Counted from the first letter of the stretch, positions 27,501 through 36,516 are shown. The stretch is 64,000 nt of DNA from an uncultured Leptospirales bacterium (GCA_964439325.1 CAYTNW010000001.1:303621-367620), one strand, 5' to 3'. Numbers and translations: made by a program. The notes: a model not told the origin generated them from the sequence alone.

Positions 27501-27800
27501 CTATGCTTTTTTCTGTCCCTTTTCTCTTTTTATCATAAATACGTAGTGTTTAACGTAGGGCTGAAGTCCCTCGGGGAATACGGATGTATCGGACGATTTC
27601 GGTTCACTGATTAATGCGTCAATTACGGCTTTAGGGAGATCCTCCTCGCAGGCATCGATCAGCACTTTGAATCTTTTTATAACTTCACTGTCCACCGCGT
27701 CTACAGCCATTTTGTGCATATGATTATATAGTTTTGTAAGATTTGTCTTTTTCACGTTTTTCCTGACTTTTTTTACAGTGCTTTTCGCCTTTGCCGGCAT
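27501..27800 (-). CDS. Hypothetical basic 99-aa protein, first gene of the moaD-moaE transcription unit
   Basis: Lys-rich at the N- and C-termini. It lies 2 nt from the moaD start. No recognisable motif. Confidence 0.45.
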   Translation of the reverse strand: MPAKAKSTVKKVRKNVKKTNLTKLYNHMHKMAVDAVDSEVIKRFKVLIDACEEDLPKAVIDALISEPKSSDTSVFPEGLQPYVKHYVFMIKREKGQKKA

Positions 27801-28010
27801 AAAAACCCCCTGGATCGTAAGATGGAGCCGATGTTAGTGCACAAGAATATGCTGTAAACACAATTTTTTATTTTTTAACCGGTACTTTTAAAAAAGAATA
27901 ATGGGATATCTCTTTTAAACCGAACTTATGAAATAACAGGAACTGTTTTTGAGTGCTCTCTGTTTTAAAAGAGAGTATATTTATAAAAAATTTTCAAGAG
28001 GAATGATCCG

Positions 28011-28127
28011 ATGAAATGCTCAAAATGCGGCAAAGATATCAATAGATTGAATCACTTTTACATTCCGATTAAAGCCAGGAAAGAGGGTGCCAGGTATTGT
28101 ATCCCATGTGCGCGGGAAGACCAGATA
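28011..28127 (+). CDS. Possible 38-aa micro-ORF beginning MKCSKCGK (half zinc-ribbon)
   Basis: AGAGGA RBS 8 nt upstream. See the finding on the -1 frame continuation carrying a second CxxC. Confidence 0.3.
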
Positions 28128-28194
28128 ATTACTCTTGTCTGATACTGCTGCCATTTTTTACCGCCATCTTTTTTATAGAGCCAGGGTATTGTAA

Positions 28195-29055
28195 ATGCCA
28201 TTCCGTTTTGTGACTCCGTTATATACTTCTGTCCTCTTTACAATTATGTTGCTGATAGTATATCCGGGCTGTAATAAAAAGACTCCTCAATCTGCGGATA
28301 TTCCTTTAAAAAGAATAATTTCACTTTCACCATCGATAACAGGCCAGATTATAGATCTCGGGGCCGAGGCCAGTCTCGCAGGGGTAACCCTCTACCATCC
28401 GCCGTTAAAGAAGGAGATTCCGCTTGTGGGCACATATATCTCCCCTTCAATAGAAAAAATTATCACGCTAAAACCGGACATTATTTTTATCTCCGAAGAT
28501 GACGGCGATATACAGGGGACACTGTTTTTCAATAAGTTCGGGTTGAGATATCACCGGTTCGGCAGGAATTCCGATTTCAAATCCATATGCGGTAATTATC
28601 TCCTGCTTGGGTCAATGATCGGGCGGAGAGAAGAGGCTGCAAAAAAAATCGAATATTACAAAGAGAGACTGGAAATTTTAAAAAGGAGCGGTCCGAAATA
28701 CAGCGCGGCATTTCTTGTCTCTGTAAAACCGCTTATTACAGTTTCAGGCCGGTCGCATATTTCCGGGATAATTGAGGATGCCGGAGCGGTCAATGTATTC
28801 AGCTCCCTGAAAGGCCCGTATCCCATATTGACGCTGGAATCACTCCTTGTAAAGAACCCCGATGTGGTGATAATAATGAACAGCGGCGATGATATTTATC
28901 TCCGCAGCAGGCTGAAGGGATTCAGAAATATAAACTTTATAAACAGAAATAATATATTTGTTGCAGGGGACCAGTACATTCCTTATTATTCACCGAAAGA
29001 GTATGTCCTTTCAGTTGAAAAAATTTCTGAAATACTGGGCCGCGCAAATAAATGA
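28195..29055 (+). CDS. ABC transporter periplasmic binding lipoprotein, BtuF/FhuD (cluster A-II) type
   Basis: Lipobox YPGC. IISLSPSITGQIIDLGA...LAGV and LKPDIIFIS are typical of cobalamin/siderophore binding proteins. Confidence 0.8.
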   Translation: MPFRFVTPLYTSVLFTIMLLIVYPGCNKKTPQSADIPLKRIISLSPSITGQIIDLGAEASLAGVTLYHPPLKKEIPLVGTYISPSIEKIITLKPDIIFISEDDGDIQGTLFFNKFGLRYHRFGRNSDFKSICGNYLLLGSMIGRREEAAKKIEYYKERLEILKRSGPKYSAAFLVSVKPLITVSGRSHISGIIEDAGAVNVFSSLKGPYPILTLESLLVKNPDVVIIMNSGDDIYLRSRLKGFRNINFINRNNIFVAGDQYIPYYSPKEYVLSVEKISEILGRANK

Positions 29056-30026
29056 AGAAAAAATATATTTTTATCATCTCCGGTTCCCTGATAGCTGTTT
29101 CTGTTGCTGTGGGGCTGTGCTGCGGCGCGGAGTTTATCAATCCGTTTGCTGTTATTAAAAATATTGTAAATGGCGACCAGGGCCTGAAAATGGAGATCCT
29201 GTTGAAAATAAGGTTCCCGAGGGTAATGGCCGCGGTTTTTACCGGTGCGGCGCTTTCGGTCAGCGGAGCGGTGTTTCAGTCTGTTTTCAGAAATCCTCTT
29301 GCAGATCCCTTTATAACGGGAGTGTCGGGGGGGGCGTCCCTCGGGATATCGGCTGCGGTCATCTTTTCACTGGGGACTGTCTCTGTGATGTTTTTTTCAT
29401 TTGCCGGGAGCATTCTCGCCATTGCCGTCCTTTATCTGCTGTCTTACGCCAGGGGCTTCGGAGGGGGAGTTTTCATCCTTGCAGGCGTCGCTATGAGTTT
29501 CATTTTTTCCTCCTCTGTGATGCTTCTGTTCTCCATCGCTGAATCGCGCAGTGTCCATAAGGCCATTATCTGGATGATGGGTGACCTCTCATCTTCGGGT
29601 GATGCCGGTCAGGGTCTGGTCTCCGCGCTGATCTTTATCATAGCCCTGCTGCTCTGGTTTTATCACAGGCATATAAATATTATTTCGCTGGGGAGGTCTT
29701 TCTCAAACAGTTCAGGGGTGTCCGATACTGAGCTGAGAATCATACTGGTCCTCGCTTCACTCCTTGCGTCGCTCTCTGTAGTGCTGGGCGGAATAATTCC
29801 CTTTGTCGGTCTGATGATGCCGCATCTTGTGAGAATTATTAACGGCCACGATAACAGGCATCTTATCCCTCTGTCGGCCCTCTGGGGCGCGTCGTTTCTA
29901 GTGCTCTCTGACGCCCTGAGCCGGTCGCTGGTCTTTCCGTACGAGATCCCCGTGGGTGTTATAACCGGTTTTGCCGGCGGAGTCTTCTTTCTGTTTTTCG
30001 TAATACGGAACAGGCAGGTGTATTAG
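29052..30026 (+). CDS. FecCD/BtuC-family ABC permease
   Basis: About 9 TM segments. RFPRVMAAVFTGAALSVSGAVFQSVFRNPLADPFITGVSGGASLG. It overlaps the upstream gene by 4 nt. Confidence 0.9.
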   Translation: MKKKYIFIISGSLIAVSVAVGLCCGAEFINPFAVIKNIVNGDQGLKMEILLKIRFPRVMAAVFTGAALSVSGAVFQSVFRNPLADPFITGVSGGASLGISAAVIFSLGTVSVMFFSFAGSILAIAVLYLLSYARGFGGGVFILAGVAMSFIFSSSVMLLFSIAESRSVHKAIIWMMGDLSSSGDAGQGLVSALIFIIALLLWFYHRHINIISLGRSFSNSSGVSDTELRIILVLASLLASLSVVLGGIIPFVGLMMPHLVRIINGHDNRHLIPLSALWGASFLVLSDALSRSLVFPYEIPVGVITGFAGGVFFLFFVIRNRQVY

Positions 30027-30027
30027 C

Positions 30028-30813
30028 ATGAAAGAACCTGTTTTTTCAGTCGAATCACTATGTGCAGGATACCGCGACAAAATTATACTGAACAACATTT
30101 CCTTTGAAATAGAGAGCGGGGAGTTCGTTACACTGATCGGGCCTAACGGTGCTGGTAAGAGCACGCTGATTAAAACTATTTCAGGTCTGATACCGGTACA
30201 TTCGGGAGGAGTCTCCTTTCTTGGACGGGATATCAGGCATTATAGCAGAAAAAAGATGGCGGAGTGCATGTCGGCGGTAAGTCCCGTCACAGGAGATATC
30301 CCCGATTTCACCGTGGAGCTGTTTTTGTCTTTCGGCAGATTTCCTTTCAGCAGCCCGTTCTCTTCCGATGAGACCGGTGATTCAATCATTAACGATATGG
30401 CATTCCGCTGCGGTATAGAACATCTTCTTCTTCGGTCGATTAAAGAACTTTCAGCCGGGGAGTTTCAGCTCGTTCAGATGGCGAGGGCTCTTGTCCAGAA
30501 CAGAAACGTGCTGCTGCTCGACGAGCCGGTTTCAAACCTCGATTACAGACATATGGTCCAGGTTATCGATATACTGACCGGGCTCCACAGGTCCGGTTCA
30601 ACTATTATCTGCGCGCTGCATGACGTGAATATCGCCTGTTACAGTTCAAGGATAATCGCTGTTAAAAACGGTAATATCTATTTTGACGGAGTCCCTGATG
30701 AGGTTATAACTGAAGATTCGCTGTCGGGTTTATATGAATCAAAATTCTACTGCGGAAAAAATCCCGTAACAGGGCACCCTGCGGTTTATCCGGTTACGGG
30801 ATCATCGGTTTAA
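30028..30813 (+). CDS. ABC transporter ATP-binding protein (BtuD/FepC type)
   Basis: Walker A GPNGAGKST; signature LSAGEFQ; Walker B LLLLDEP; H-loop ALHD. Confidence 0.9.
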   Translation: MKEPVFSVESLCAGYRDKIILNNISFEIESGEFVTLIGPNGAGKSTLIKTISGLIPVHSGGVSFLGRDIRHYSRKKMAECMSAVSPVTGDIPDFTVELFLSFGRFPFSSPFSSDETGDSIINDMAFRCGIEHLLLRSIKELSAGEFQLVQMARALVQNRNVLLLDEPVSNLDYRHMVQVIDILTGLHRSGSTIICALHDVNIACYSSRIIAVKNGNIYFDGVPDEVITEDSLSGLYESKFYCGKNPVTGHPAVYPVTGSSV

Positions 30814-30816
30814 ATT

Positions 30817-31488
30817 TTACCAGTCGTCATTCTGTCTGTCTTTGTATTTCTCTCTTACAGTGGCTGTAATATCATCAATGTAGAAATACTGCCATTCAGG
30901 ATGCAGTGTATCGTTTGTTGCCCTGTACTGGATATGCAGTAATCTCATGTATTTCTCTTTTTCCAGATACTCATCCTGCTGCTTTATTCTCGAATCAAGC
31001 GCAACAGTAATTTTTTTCCATCCGAGAAAGGTGGCTGTTCCGAAAGATATTCTGTAATTGTCGCCATTGACGTCCTGTAACATAATCGAAAGCTCTCCGG
31101 CGAATTTCTTTCCGTAAACCCACATCGATATCGATTTGCAGTACTGCTTGATCTCAAGCGGCTTGGCCGGGAAGATCTGGAAGGTATCGCCCTTCTTCGC
31201 GTACACCTTCACCCCGAGATATTTTTTTGAATTATTATATTCGGCGGGATACTGGTCCCTGACTGCAACAGATCCCTGCTGCTCTTTGGATTGAGTGAAT
31301 TTAATATTGCTGTTTGTGTACTGATTTGTTTCAAAATCCTCCAGAGTGATTTCAGAGTAGATATTCTGTGTGACCTGCTCAACCTCACCAGCTTTTTTTT
31401 CAGGCTCTTTTGCCGGTTCTTTTTTATCCTGGGAAATCGCCGGCACTAAAAAAAGCAGTAATATGAAACCTGTAAATATTTTTTTCAT
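30817..31488 (-). CDS. Secreted FlaA-like protein (flagellar filament outer-layer/sheath family), short form
   Basis: Signal peptide. LGVKVYAKKGD..IFPAKPLEI, SISMWVYG, LSIMLQDVNGDNYRISFG...FLGWKKI and YFYIDDI match my recollection of treponemal FlaA blocks. Not verified by search. Confidence 0.5.
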   Translation of the reverse strand: MKKIFTGFILLLFLVPAISQDKKEPAKEPEKKAGEVEQVTQNIYSEITLEDFETNQYTNSNIKFTQSKEQQGSVAVRDQYPAEYNNSKKYLGVKVYAKKGDTFQIFPAKPLEIKQYCKSISMWVYGKKFAGELSIMLQDVNGDNYRISFGTATFLGWKKITVALDSRIKQQDEYLEKEKYMRLLHIQYRATNDTLHPEWQYFYIDDITATVREKYKDRQNDDW

Positions 31489-31517
31489 GCATTATCCTCC
31501 ATAATTAACACTTTTAT

Positions 31518-31546
31518 ATTATAAATTGGATGTTTGTCAATGTCAA
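31518..31546 (-). promoter_or_regulatory. Consensus sigma-70 promoter TTGACA - 17 nt - TATAAT for the FlaA-like gene
   Basis: The minus strand reads ttgaca ttgacaaacatccaatt tataat. GGAGGA RBS lies 6 nt before the ATG. Confidence 0.7.
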
Positions 31547-31699
31547 TAAATTCTTCTGAAGTGAGCTTATTTTTTAATTTTAATAAAGAGAAATTGTGGT
31601 ATATCATTACATGGTAAAACCGGACAGGTTTAAAAATTCATATAAAATTTTGTTGCTTTTTTCTTGTTAAAGCGCTATCTTATTACGGCCGGTGATTAA

Positions 31700-32152
31700 T
31701 TGTCCGGAAATAAAAACTTTCCGTATCTTCATACATCGGAGACAGCAAAAACAGAGTATAAAATTAGAGGAATGGAAGAGTCAAGGGAGTACACGAGATA
31801 TCATATTGATGCAGGGGGCCGGGTTCCGGCAACCGTCGAGATTGAGGGTGATGTTTGTTTTACCGGAACTATAACAGATTTAAGCGCCGGCGGTTTATCC
31901 TTTATAGTTGAAAATGACCGCGATTATAGTTCCGAACCGGGGAAATTTTTTTTTATACGGCTGAACCTCGGAGGGGTAAGCATCAATACTGAAGTTGAAA
32001 AAAAGTGGAGTTATATAAAGAATTCTGAAAATGGAAAAATATACAGCGCAGGCGTCAGTTTTAAAGTTATTTCTAATGAAGACAGGTTAAGACTCAATGA
32101 AATTATTGAATGTCTCAGGTCCGGGTCTTTCAATCACAGCAGAATCAGTTAA
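31700..32152 (+). CDS. PilZ-domain protein (c-di-GMP receptor type)
   Basis: RxxxR (REYTR) followed by DLSAGGLSF (D/NxSxxG). The start is uncertain: TTG 31700 or ATG 31772. Confidence 0.8.
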   Translation: MSGNKNFPYLHTSETAKTEYKIRGMEESREYTRYHIDAGGRVPATVEIEGDVCFTGTITDLSAGGLSFIVENDRDYSSEPGKFFFIRLNLGGVSINTEVEKKWSYIKNSENGKIYSAGVSFKVISNEDRLRLNEIIECLRSGSFNHSRIS

Positions 32153-33803
32153 AAGACGGTTTAAAAGAAAATTATTTTTTAATGTTGTTTTTATACTGGT
32201 CTGTAATGCTTTTTTCTCCCCCCTGTTGTCCGCAGAGCTGTACAAACAGAAAATAGGTTCAATGGAGTGGTTCTGGTTTTTCTACGAACATGATACTGAA
32301 CAGAATAGAGTATCATATATATACAGGCCGTTTTATATGGAAAGGTCTGATAAAGGAAATCTTTTCCAGGCCTCATTGATGCCTGTGGTCTTCTGGCGTT
32401 ACAAAAACGATCATAGCGATTTTACAAAGGGTCTTCTGGGACTTTATGAGTCAACAGATTATATGCATTCTGACAATAAGCGCGACTATGATACAGGCTG
32501 CCTCCCGCTGTTTATGTACGGCAAAGGGGGGAGAGATGCGGATAAATATCTTTTTATCTATCCCTTCGGCGGCGATCTGCGCGGAAAACTGGCCTATGAC
32601 AGGATCTCTCCATATGTTTTCCCCGGAGTTGCGCTCTGGTTTTTATTTCCGCCGACCGCTCTTTTTACATGGCACACCACATTTCTTGCGCTGGCATCGG
32701 TAATTCCTGTCTATACGGAATTTCAGGACAGGGATTATACCGGCACTGCGCTTTTCTGGCCTTTTATTGCATGGGGAAAGAGTGAAAAGAGAAAGGATTT
32801 CAGAATTATTCCGTTTTACGGACACAACAGCAAAACCGGATGGTATGACAACTATTCGTATCTGTTCCTGATTAATTACAGGGAGCTCTATCTTTCCGAT
32901 GACGTGAAGTATACTTTTGTATTCTTTCCTTTTTACGGAAAAAAATGGAGTAAAAGCGGAAAGATGAAGTCCTATACAGTATTGTGGCCGTTTTTCTCCT
33001 GGGGCTATGATCTTGAAAAAAACGAAAGGATCTATAACCTTCCCTGGCCTATCGTCCAGATAGGGGACTCCGATAGTCCCGCTACAAAGACCCGTATCTT
33101 CTGGCCGTTTTACGGAACGCACCGTACTCCGAATTATCAAAGCATGTTTGTAACTCCTCTCTACTTCCGTATACAAACCGGGAAGGAGTATTATAAATCC
33201 GAATATCACATATCGTGCATAATCGCATGGTATCTTAAAAGGGACTATTCCTATAGTCATGAATATTACGGCAGGTCGTGGAGATACTTCAAGCTTTGGC
33301 CGCTTTTTCAGCTGGAGTGGAACGACTGCGGTCTATACGGCATCAATGTTCTTTCACTTCTGCCGTTCAGGGACGCGGATGGCTACGAGAAACTTTATCA
33401 GCCTTTATGGACGCTGTTTGAATACAGAAAGAAACCGGACGGTGAAAAACATCTCGGCTTTCTGCTGAGGACATATTACCAGGTATGGAGCGGTGATTTT
33501 TTCAGGATGAAGATCCCTTTTATTGTAAATTATGAAAGCCGTGGCGATATTATAAGTGAGTGTACGGTTCTGCTGAGGTCATTCGGATACAGGAAGGACA
33601 GGGATGGTACCTGGCTGAAGCTTCTGTGGTTTCCGGTAAGGATCGGTGAAGGAGATCCGCTTTTATCCGGTGGTTCGGATGATGCTGATATTGCTGAAAT
33701 GTTCACCGGCGAAGAACTCTATGGTTATAATCCGAACCATGGAAATTTTACGGACAGAGATTTTGAGGACAAGTTTTATTTTAAAACGGTTATAGCGCGG
33801 TAG
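32097..33803 (+). CDS. Secreted aromatic-rich repeat protein (about 13 WPF/WPL-type repeats), possible outer-membrane component
   Basis: Signal-like N-terminus. Recurrent motifs FWPFIAWGKSE, IIPFYGHNSK, FFPFYGKKWS, LWPFFSWGYD, FWPFYGTHRT, LWPLFQLEWND, LWTLFEYRKK. It overlaps the PilZ gene by 56 nt. Confidence 0.6.
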   Translation: MKLLNVSGPGLSITAESVKRRFKRKLFFNVVFILVCNAFFSPLLSAELYKQKIGSMEWFWFFYEHDTEQNRVSYIYRPFYMERSDKGNLFQASLMPVVFWRYKNDHSDFTKGLLGLYESTDYMHSDNKRDYDTGCLPLFMYGKGGRDADKYLFIYPFGGDLRGKLAYDRISPYVFPGVALWFLFPPTALFTWHTTFLALASVIPVYTEFQDRDYTGTALFWPFIAWGKSEKRKDFRIIPFYGHNSKTGWYDNYSYLFLINYRELYLSDDVKYTFVFFPFYGKKWSKSGKMKSYTVLWPFFSWGYDLEKNERIYNLPWPIVQIGDSDSPATKTRIFWPFYGTHRTPNYQSMFVTPLYFRIQTGKEYYKSEYHISCIIAWYLKRDYSYSHEYYGRSWRYFKLWPLFQLEWNDCGLYGINVLSLLPFRDADGYEKLYQPLWTLFEYRKKPDGEKHLGFLLRTYYQVWSGDFFRMKIPFIVNYESRGDIISECTVLLRSFGYRKDRDGTWLKLLWFPVRIGEGDPLLSGGSDDADIAEMFTGEELYGYNPNHGNFTDRDFEDKFYFKTVIAR

Positions 33804-33809
33804 AATGCA

Positions 33810-34616
33810 ATGAAAAAGATAGAAACGGGAAAAATTTACGAACTGCTGTCCGAGGCTGGAGCCAGGGTCCTGTATATACTGGACTTCACCGGTTTTACAA
33901 TAATACTGATATTCAAGACTTTTATTGCGCTGAGATTTGCTTTCAGGAAAAGGGGGGAGATCGTAAAGCATATGTATATCTCCGGCGTAAAGAGCATACC
34001 GGTCTGTTCCGTGGTTGCACTGTTCGGCGGAATGGTCTTCGCTCTTCAGAGCGGCCTCGAAATTCGCTCTTACGGCCAGCAGGAGATGGTCCCGACGATG
34101 ATGATAAATATAATGGACAAGGAGATGGGGTCTTTTCTTACCGGCATTATAATTACCGCCTTTTCCGGCGCCGCTATGGCTGCAGAGCTCGGGACAATGA
34201 AGGTGTCGGAGGAGATCGATGCACTGGAGATGATGTCTATCGATCCAGTGGCCTATCTTGTGATGCCGCGGATGGTTTCGATGCTGATAATTCTCCCGAC
34301 GCTGTCTATATTCACAATCGTGCTCGGCGTAGCCGGAGGGGCGATAGTGTCATACTTTCAGCTGGGGATCACTCCGGAAACATATTACTACAGGGTCCTC
34401 CGGTCTATCTGGCTCAAGGATGTCTATGTCGGTCTGCTGAAGAGCCTCGTGTTCGGGCTGATAATTTCATCGATCAGCTGCGCCAACGGGCTTAAGGCCG
34501 AAGGGGGGGCTCTGGGGGTAGGGCAGGCGACCAGGGTCTCTGTAGTATCCTCCTACCTGCTGATTCTTATAATCGGTTATTTCATTACATCCATGTTCTT
34601 CGGCGGATTTATATGA
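33810..34616 (+). CDS. mlaE: MlaE-family ABC permease
   Basis: GxxSIPVCSVVALFGGMVFALQ and the MlaE signature VSEEIDALEMMSIDP. Confidence 0.85.
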   Translation: MKKIETGKIYELLSEAGARVLYILDFTGFTIILIFKTFIALRFAFRKRGEIVKHMYISGVKSIPVCSVVALFGGMVFALQSGLEIRSYGQQEMVPTMMINIMDKEMGSFLTGIIITAFSGAAMAAELGTMKVSEEIDALEMMSIDPVAYLVMPRMVSMLIILPTLSIFTIVLGVAGGAIVSYFQLGITPETYYYRVLRSIWLKDVYVGLLKSLVFGLIISSISCANGLKAEGGALGVGQATRVSVVSSYLLILIIGYFITSMFFGGFI

Positions 34617-35356
34617 TAGAGTTTAAGGGGGTATCCAAAAAATTCGGTACAAAAGTTGTTCTGGACGATGTCTCTTTTTCAATTAAGAAGGGGGAAACCT
34701 TTGTGATAATCGGACTCTCCGGAGCGGGGAAAACGACGATTTTAAGGCATATTGCCGGATTTGTAGAACCAGACAGCGGGGATGTGCTGATAGATAACAT
34801 CAAAATGAACGGGGCTAAATCCTCTACGGTAAGGAAGCTGCGGAGAAAGATGGGGTTTCTGTTCCAGTCCGGCGCTCTGATCAACTGGCTTTCAGTGAGG
34901 GAGAATGTTGCTCTTCCGCTTGTGGAGCACAGGCTTGGAACAGAGGAGGAGATAAATCTCATAGTAGATGAAAAACTGAAACTGCTTCAGCTTGGAGATG
35001 ACGGCGACAAGATGCCCTCTGACATAAGCGGGGGGATGAAAAAAAGAGCGGGCCTGGCAAGGGCTATTGTACGCGACCCTGATATAATACTGTATGATGA
35101 ACCCACATCAGGCCTTGACCCTGTTATGTCGGCACGAATCAATGAGCTGATTCTGCGGATGCAGGATAAGCTCGGGGTTACATCTGTAGTCGTTACGCAT
35201 GATATGTCGAGCGCCTATCATATAGCTGATACAATAGCGATGCTGTATGAAGGAAGGATTATTGAGTGCGGAACTCCTGATCAGATAAGGTCAAGTTCCG
35301 ACCCTATTGTGCAGCAGTTTATTAATGGAAAAATCACCGGTCCAATAGAAGGTTGA
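34613..35356 (+). CDS. mlaF: MlaF-family ABC ATP-binding protein
   Basis: Walker A GLSGAGKTT; signature ISGGMKKR; Walker B ILYDEPTSGLDP; H-loop VTHD. 4-nt overlap with mlaE. Confidence 0.85.
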   Translation: MIEFKGVSKKFGTKVVLDDVSFSIKKGETFVIIGLSGAGKTTILRHIAGFVEPDSGDVLIDNIKMNGAKSSTVRKLRRKMGFLFQSGALINWLSVRENVALPLVEHRLGTEEEINLIVDEKLKLLQLGDDGDKMPSDISGGMKKRAGLARAIVRDPDIILYDEPTSGLDPVMSARINELILRMQDKLGVTSVVVTHDMSSAYHIADTIAMLYEGRIIECGTPDQIRSSSDPIVQQFINGKITGPIEG

Positions 35357-35387
35357 CAATAATGCAGAAATTGAGTATATTAATATT

Positions 35388-36065
35388 ATGAAAAAAATAA
35401 ATGAAGTTATTGTCGGTATAGTTTTTTTCTGCGCTATGGGCATCCTCGGTTATTACACAATAATCAGGAGCGACCTGTTTGACAATCGAAAGTATTATTA
35501 CTTCACTGTAGTTTTTGAAGATGTTGAAGGGCTTGCGATAGGAAACAAGGTTTTTGTAAACGGAGTGGAAGCGGGGCTTGTGTCCGCGATAGATCTTCAG
35601 ATAAACGGTAAAATAAAAGTAACACTGAGGATGTACAGGATATTCAACCTCTACTCGAATTACAGAATTGTTATAACAAACCAGTCAGCCCTTGGCGGAA
35701 AGATTATTATGATAGCTCCGGGGAAAGCAAGGTTTAAGGGCAGATCATATGATATTGTCAGCAATTATGAAAACCTGATGGGTGAGTCGATCGGCGACCC
35801 TCTGACCAAGATTTCTGAAGTAATAGATGAAAACCGTGAGGATATCCGTATCGCCGTGAAAAACATAACCGATTTTTCTGAAAAGATAAATAACGGCGAC
35901 GGCACCATTTCCAAGCTTGTCAATGAGGATACCGTACATAAAGATGCCGATAACCTGATTAAAGATGCTAGGGATACGATGAAACAGGCAAGGGATACTC
36001 TTGAGGATTCGAGGGAGCAGGCGCCTGTTACCAGTTTTATCAGAGCACTGTTCACATTTTTCTGA
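35388..36065 (+). CDS. mlaD: MlaD/MCE-domain protein
   Basis: N-terminal TM helix, then an MCE fold pattern: YYFTVVFEDVEGLAIGNKVFVNGVEAGLVSAIDL. Confidence 0.8.
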   Translation: MKKINEVIVGIVFFCAMGILGYYTIIRSDLFDNRKYYYFTVVFEDVEGLAIGNKVFVNGVEAGLVSAIDLQINGKIKVTLRMYRIFNLYSNYRIVITNQSALGGKIIMIAPGKARFKGRSYDIVSNYENLMGESIGDPLTKISEVIDENREDIRIAVKNITDFSEKINNGDGTISKLVNEDTVHKDADNLIKDARDTMKQARDTLEDSREQAPVTSFIRALFTFF

Positions 36066-36195
36066 AAGCGGTATGGTAATAATGGAGTTTTCCCCTCTCC
36101 TGTATAGACATTTTCTATCTGTCAGTTTCACATCCGGCCATTTCTGTTAAATTCCCAATATTTAAAGATTCATTAATTATTTAAGATAGGCGTTT

Positions 36196-36310
36196 TTATT
36201 ATTTCCCCTCCCTTGACGGGAGGGGTTAGGGGAGGGTGGAAATAATAAAATTTCGATAACCTTAACTTTATCACCCCCACCCCGGCCCTCCCCCATCAAG
36301 GGAGAGGGAG
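36196..36310. repeat. Two GC-rich palindromic elements (CCCCTCCC...GGGAGGGG type) in an otherwise AT-rich spacer
   Basis: 36196-36248: ttattatttcccctcccttgacgggaggggttaggggagggtggaaataataa, with nested inverted repeats. 36272-36310: cacccccaccccggccctcccccatcaagggagagggag. Confidence 0.9.
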
Positions 36311-36516
36311 CTAAATGCAAAAATTTCGCCTAACTCAAGTAATTATATACGATCATACTCCTGATGCCGTAAATGCCCCGTTTTTCAGCCATGTTCTGAG
36401 CAGTTTATTTTTACAATCGTTGGCCGATAAACAGAAAAATTATTATCTATTTTTATTGACAAAAAGAACGATTTTAAAAACCTTCAGGATTACAATAAAA
36501 GAAGGATGGATAATCA

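Noticed and set aside
27801-28194. Cobalamin riboswitch upstream of the BtuF-like ABC operon
   Set aside because: The region is AT-rich, with no GC-rich conserved core or B12 box.
36066-36516. PyrR-binding attenuator in the carB leader
   Set aside because: No ARUCCAGAGAGGYU-like loop is present. The only stem near the start (ccttc...gaagg) lacks the motif.
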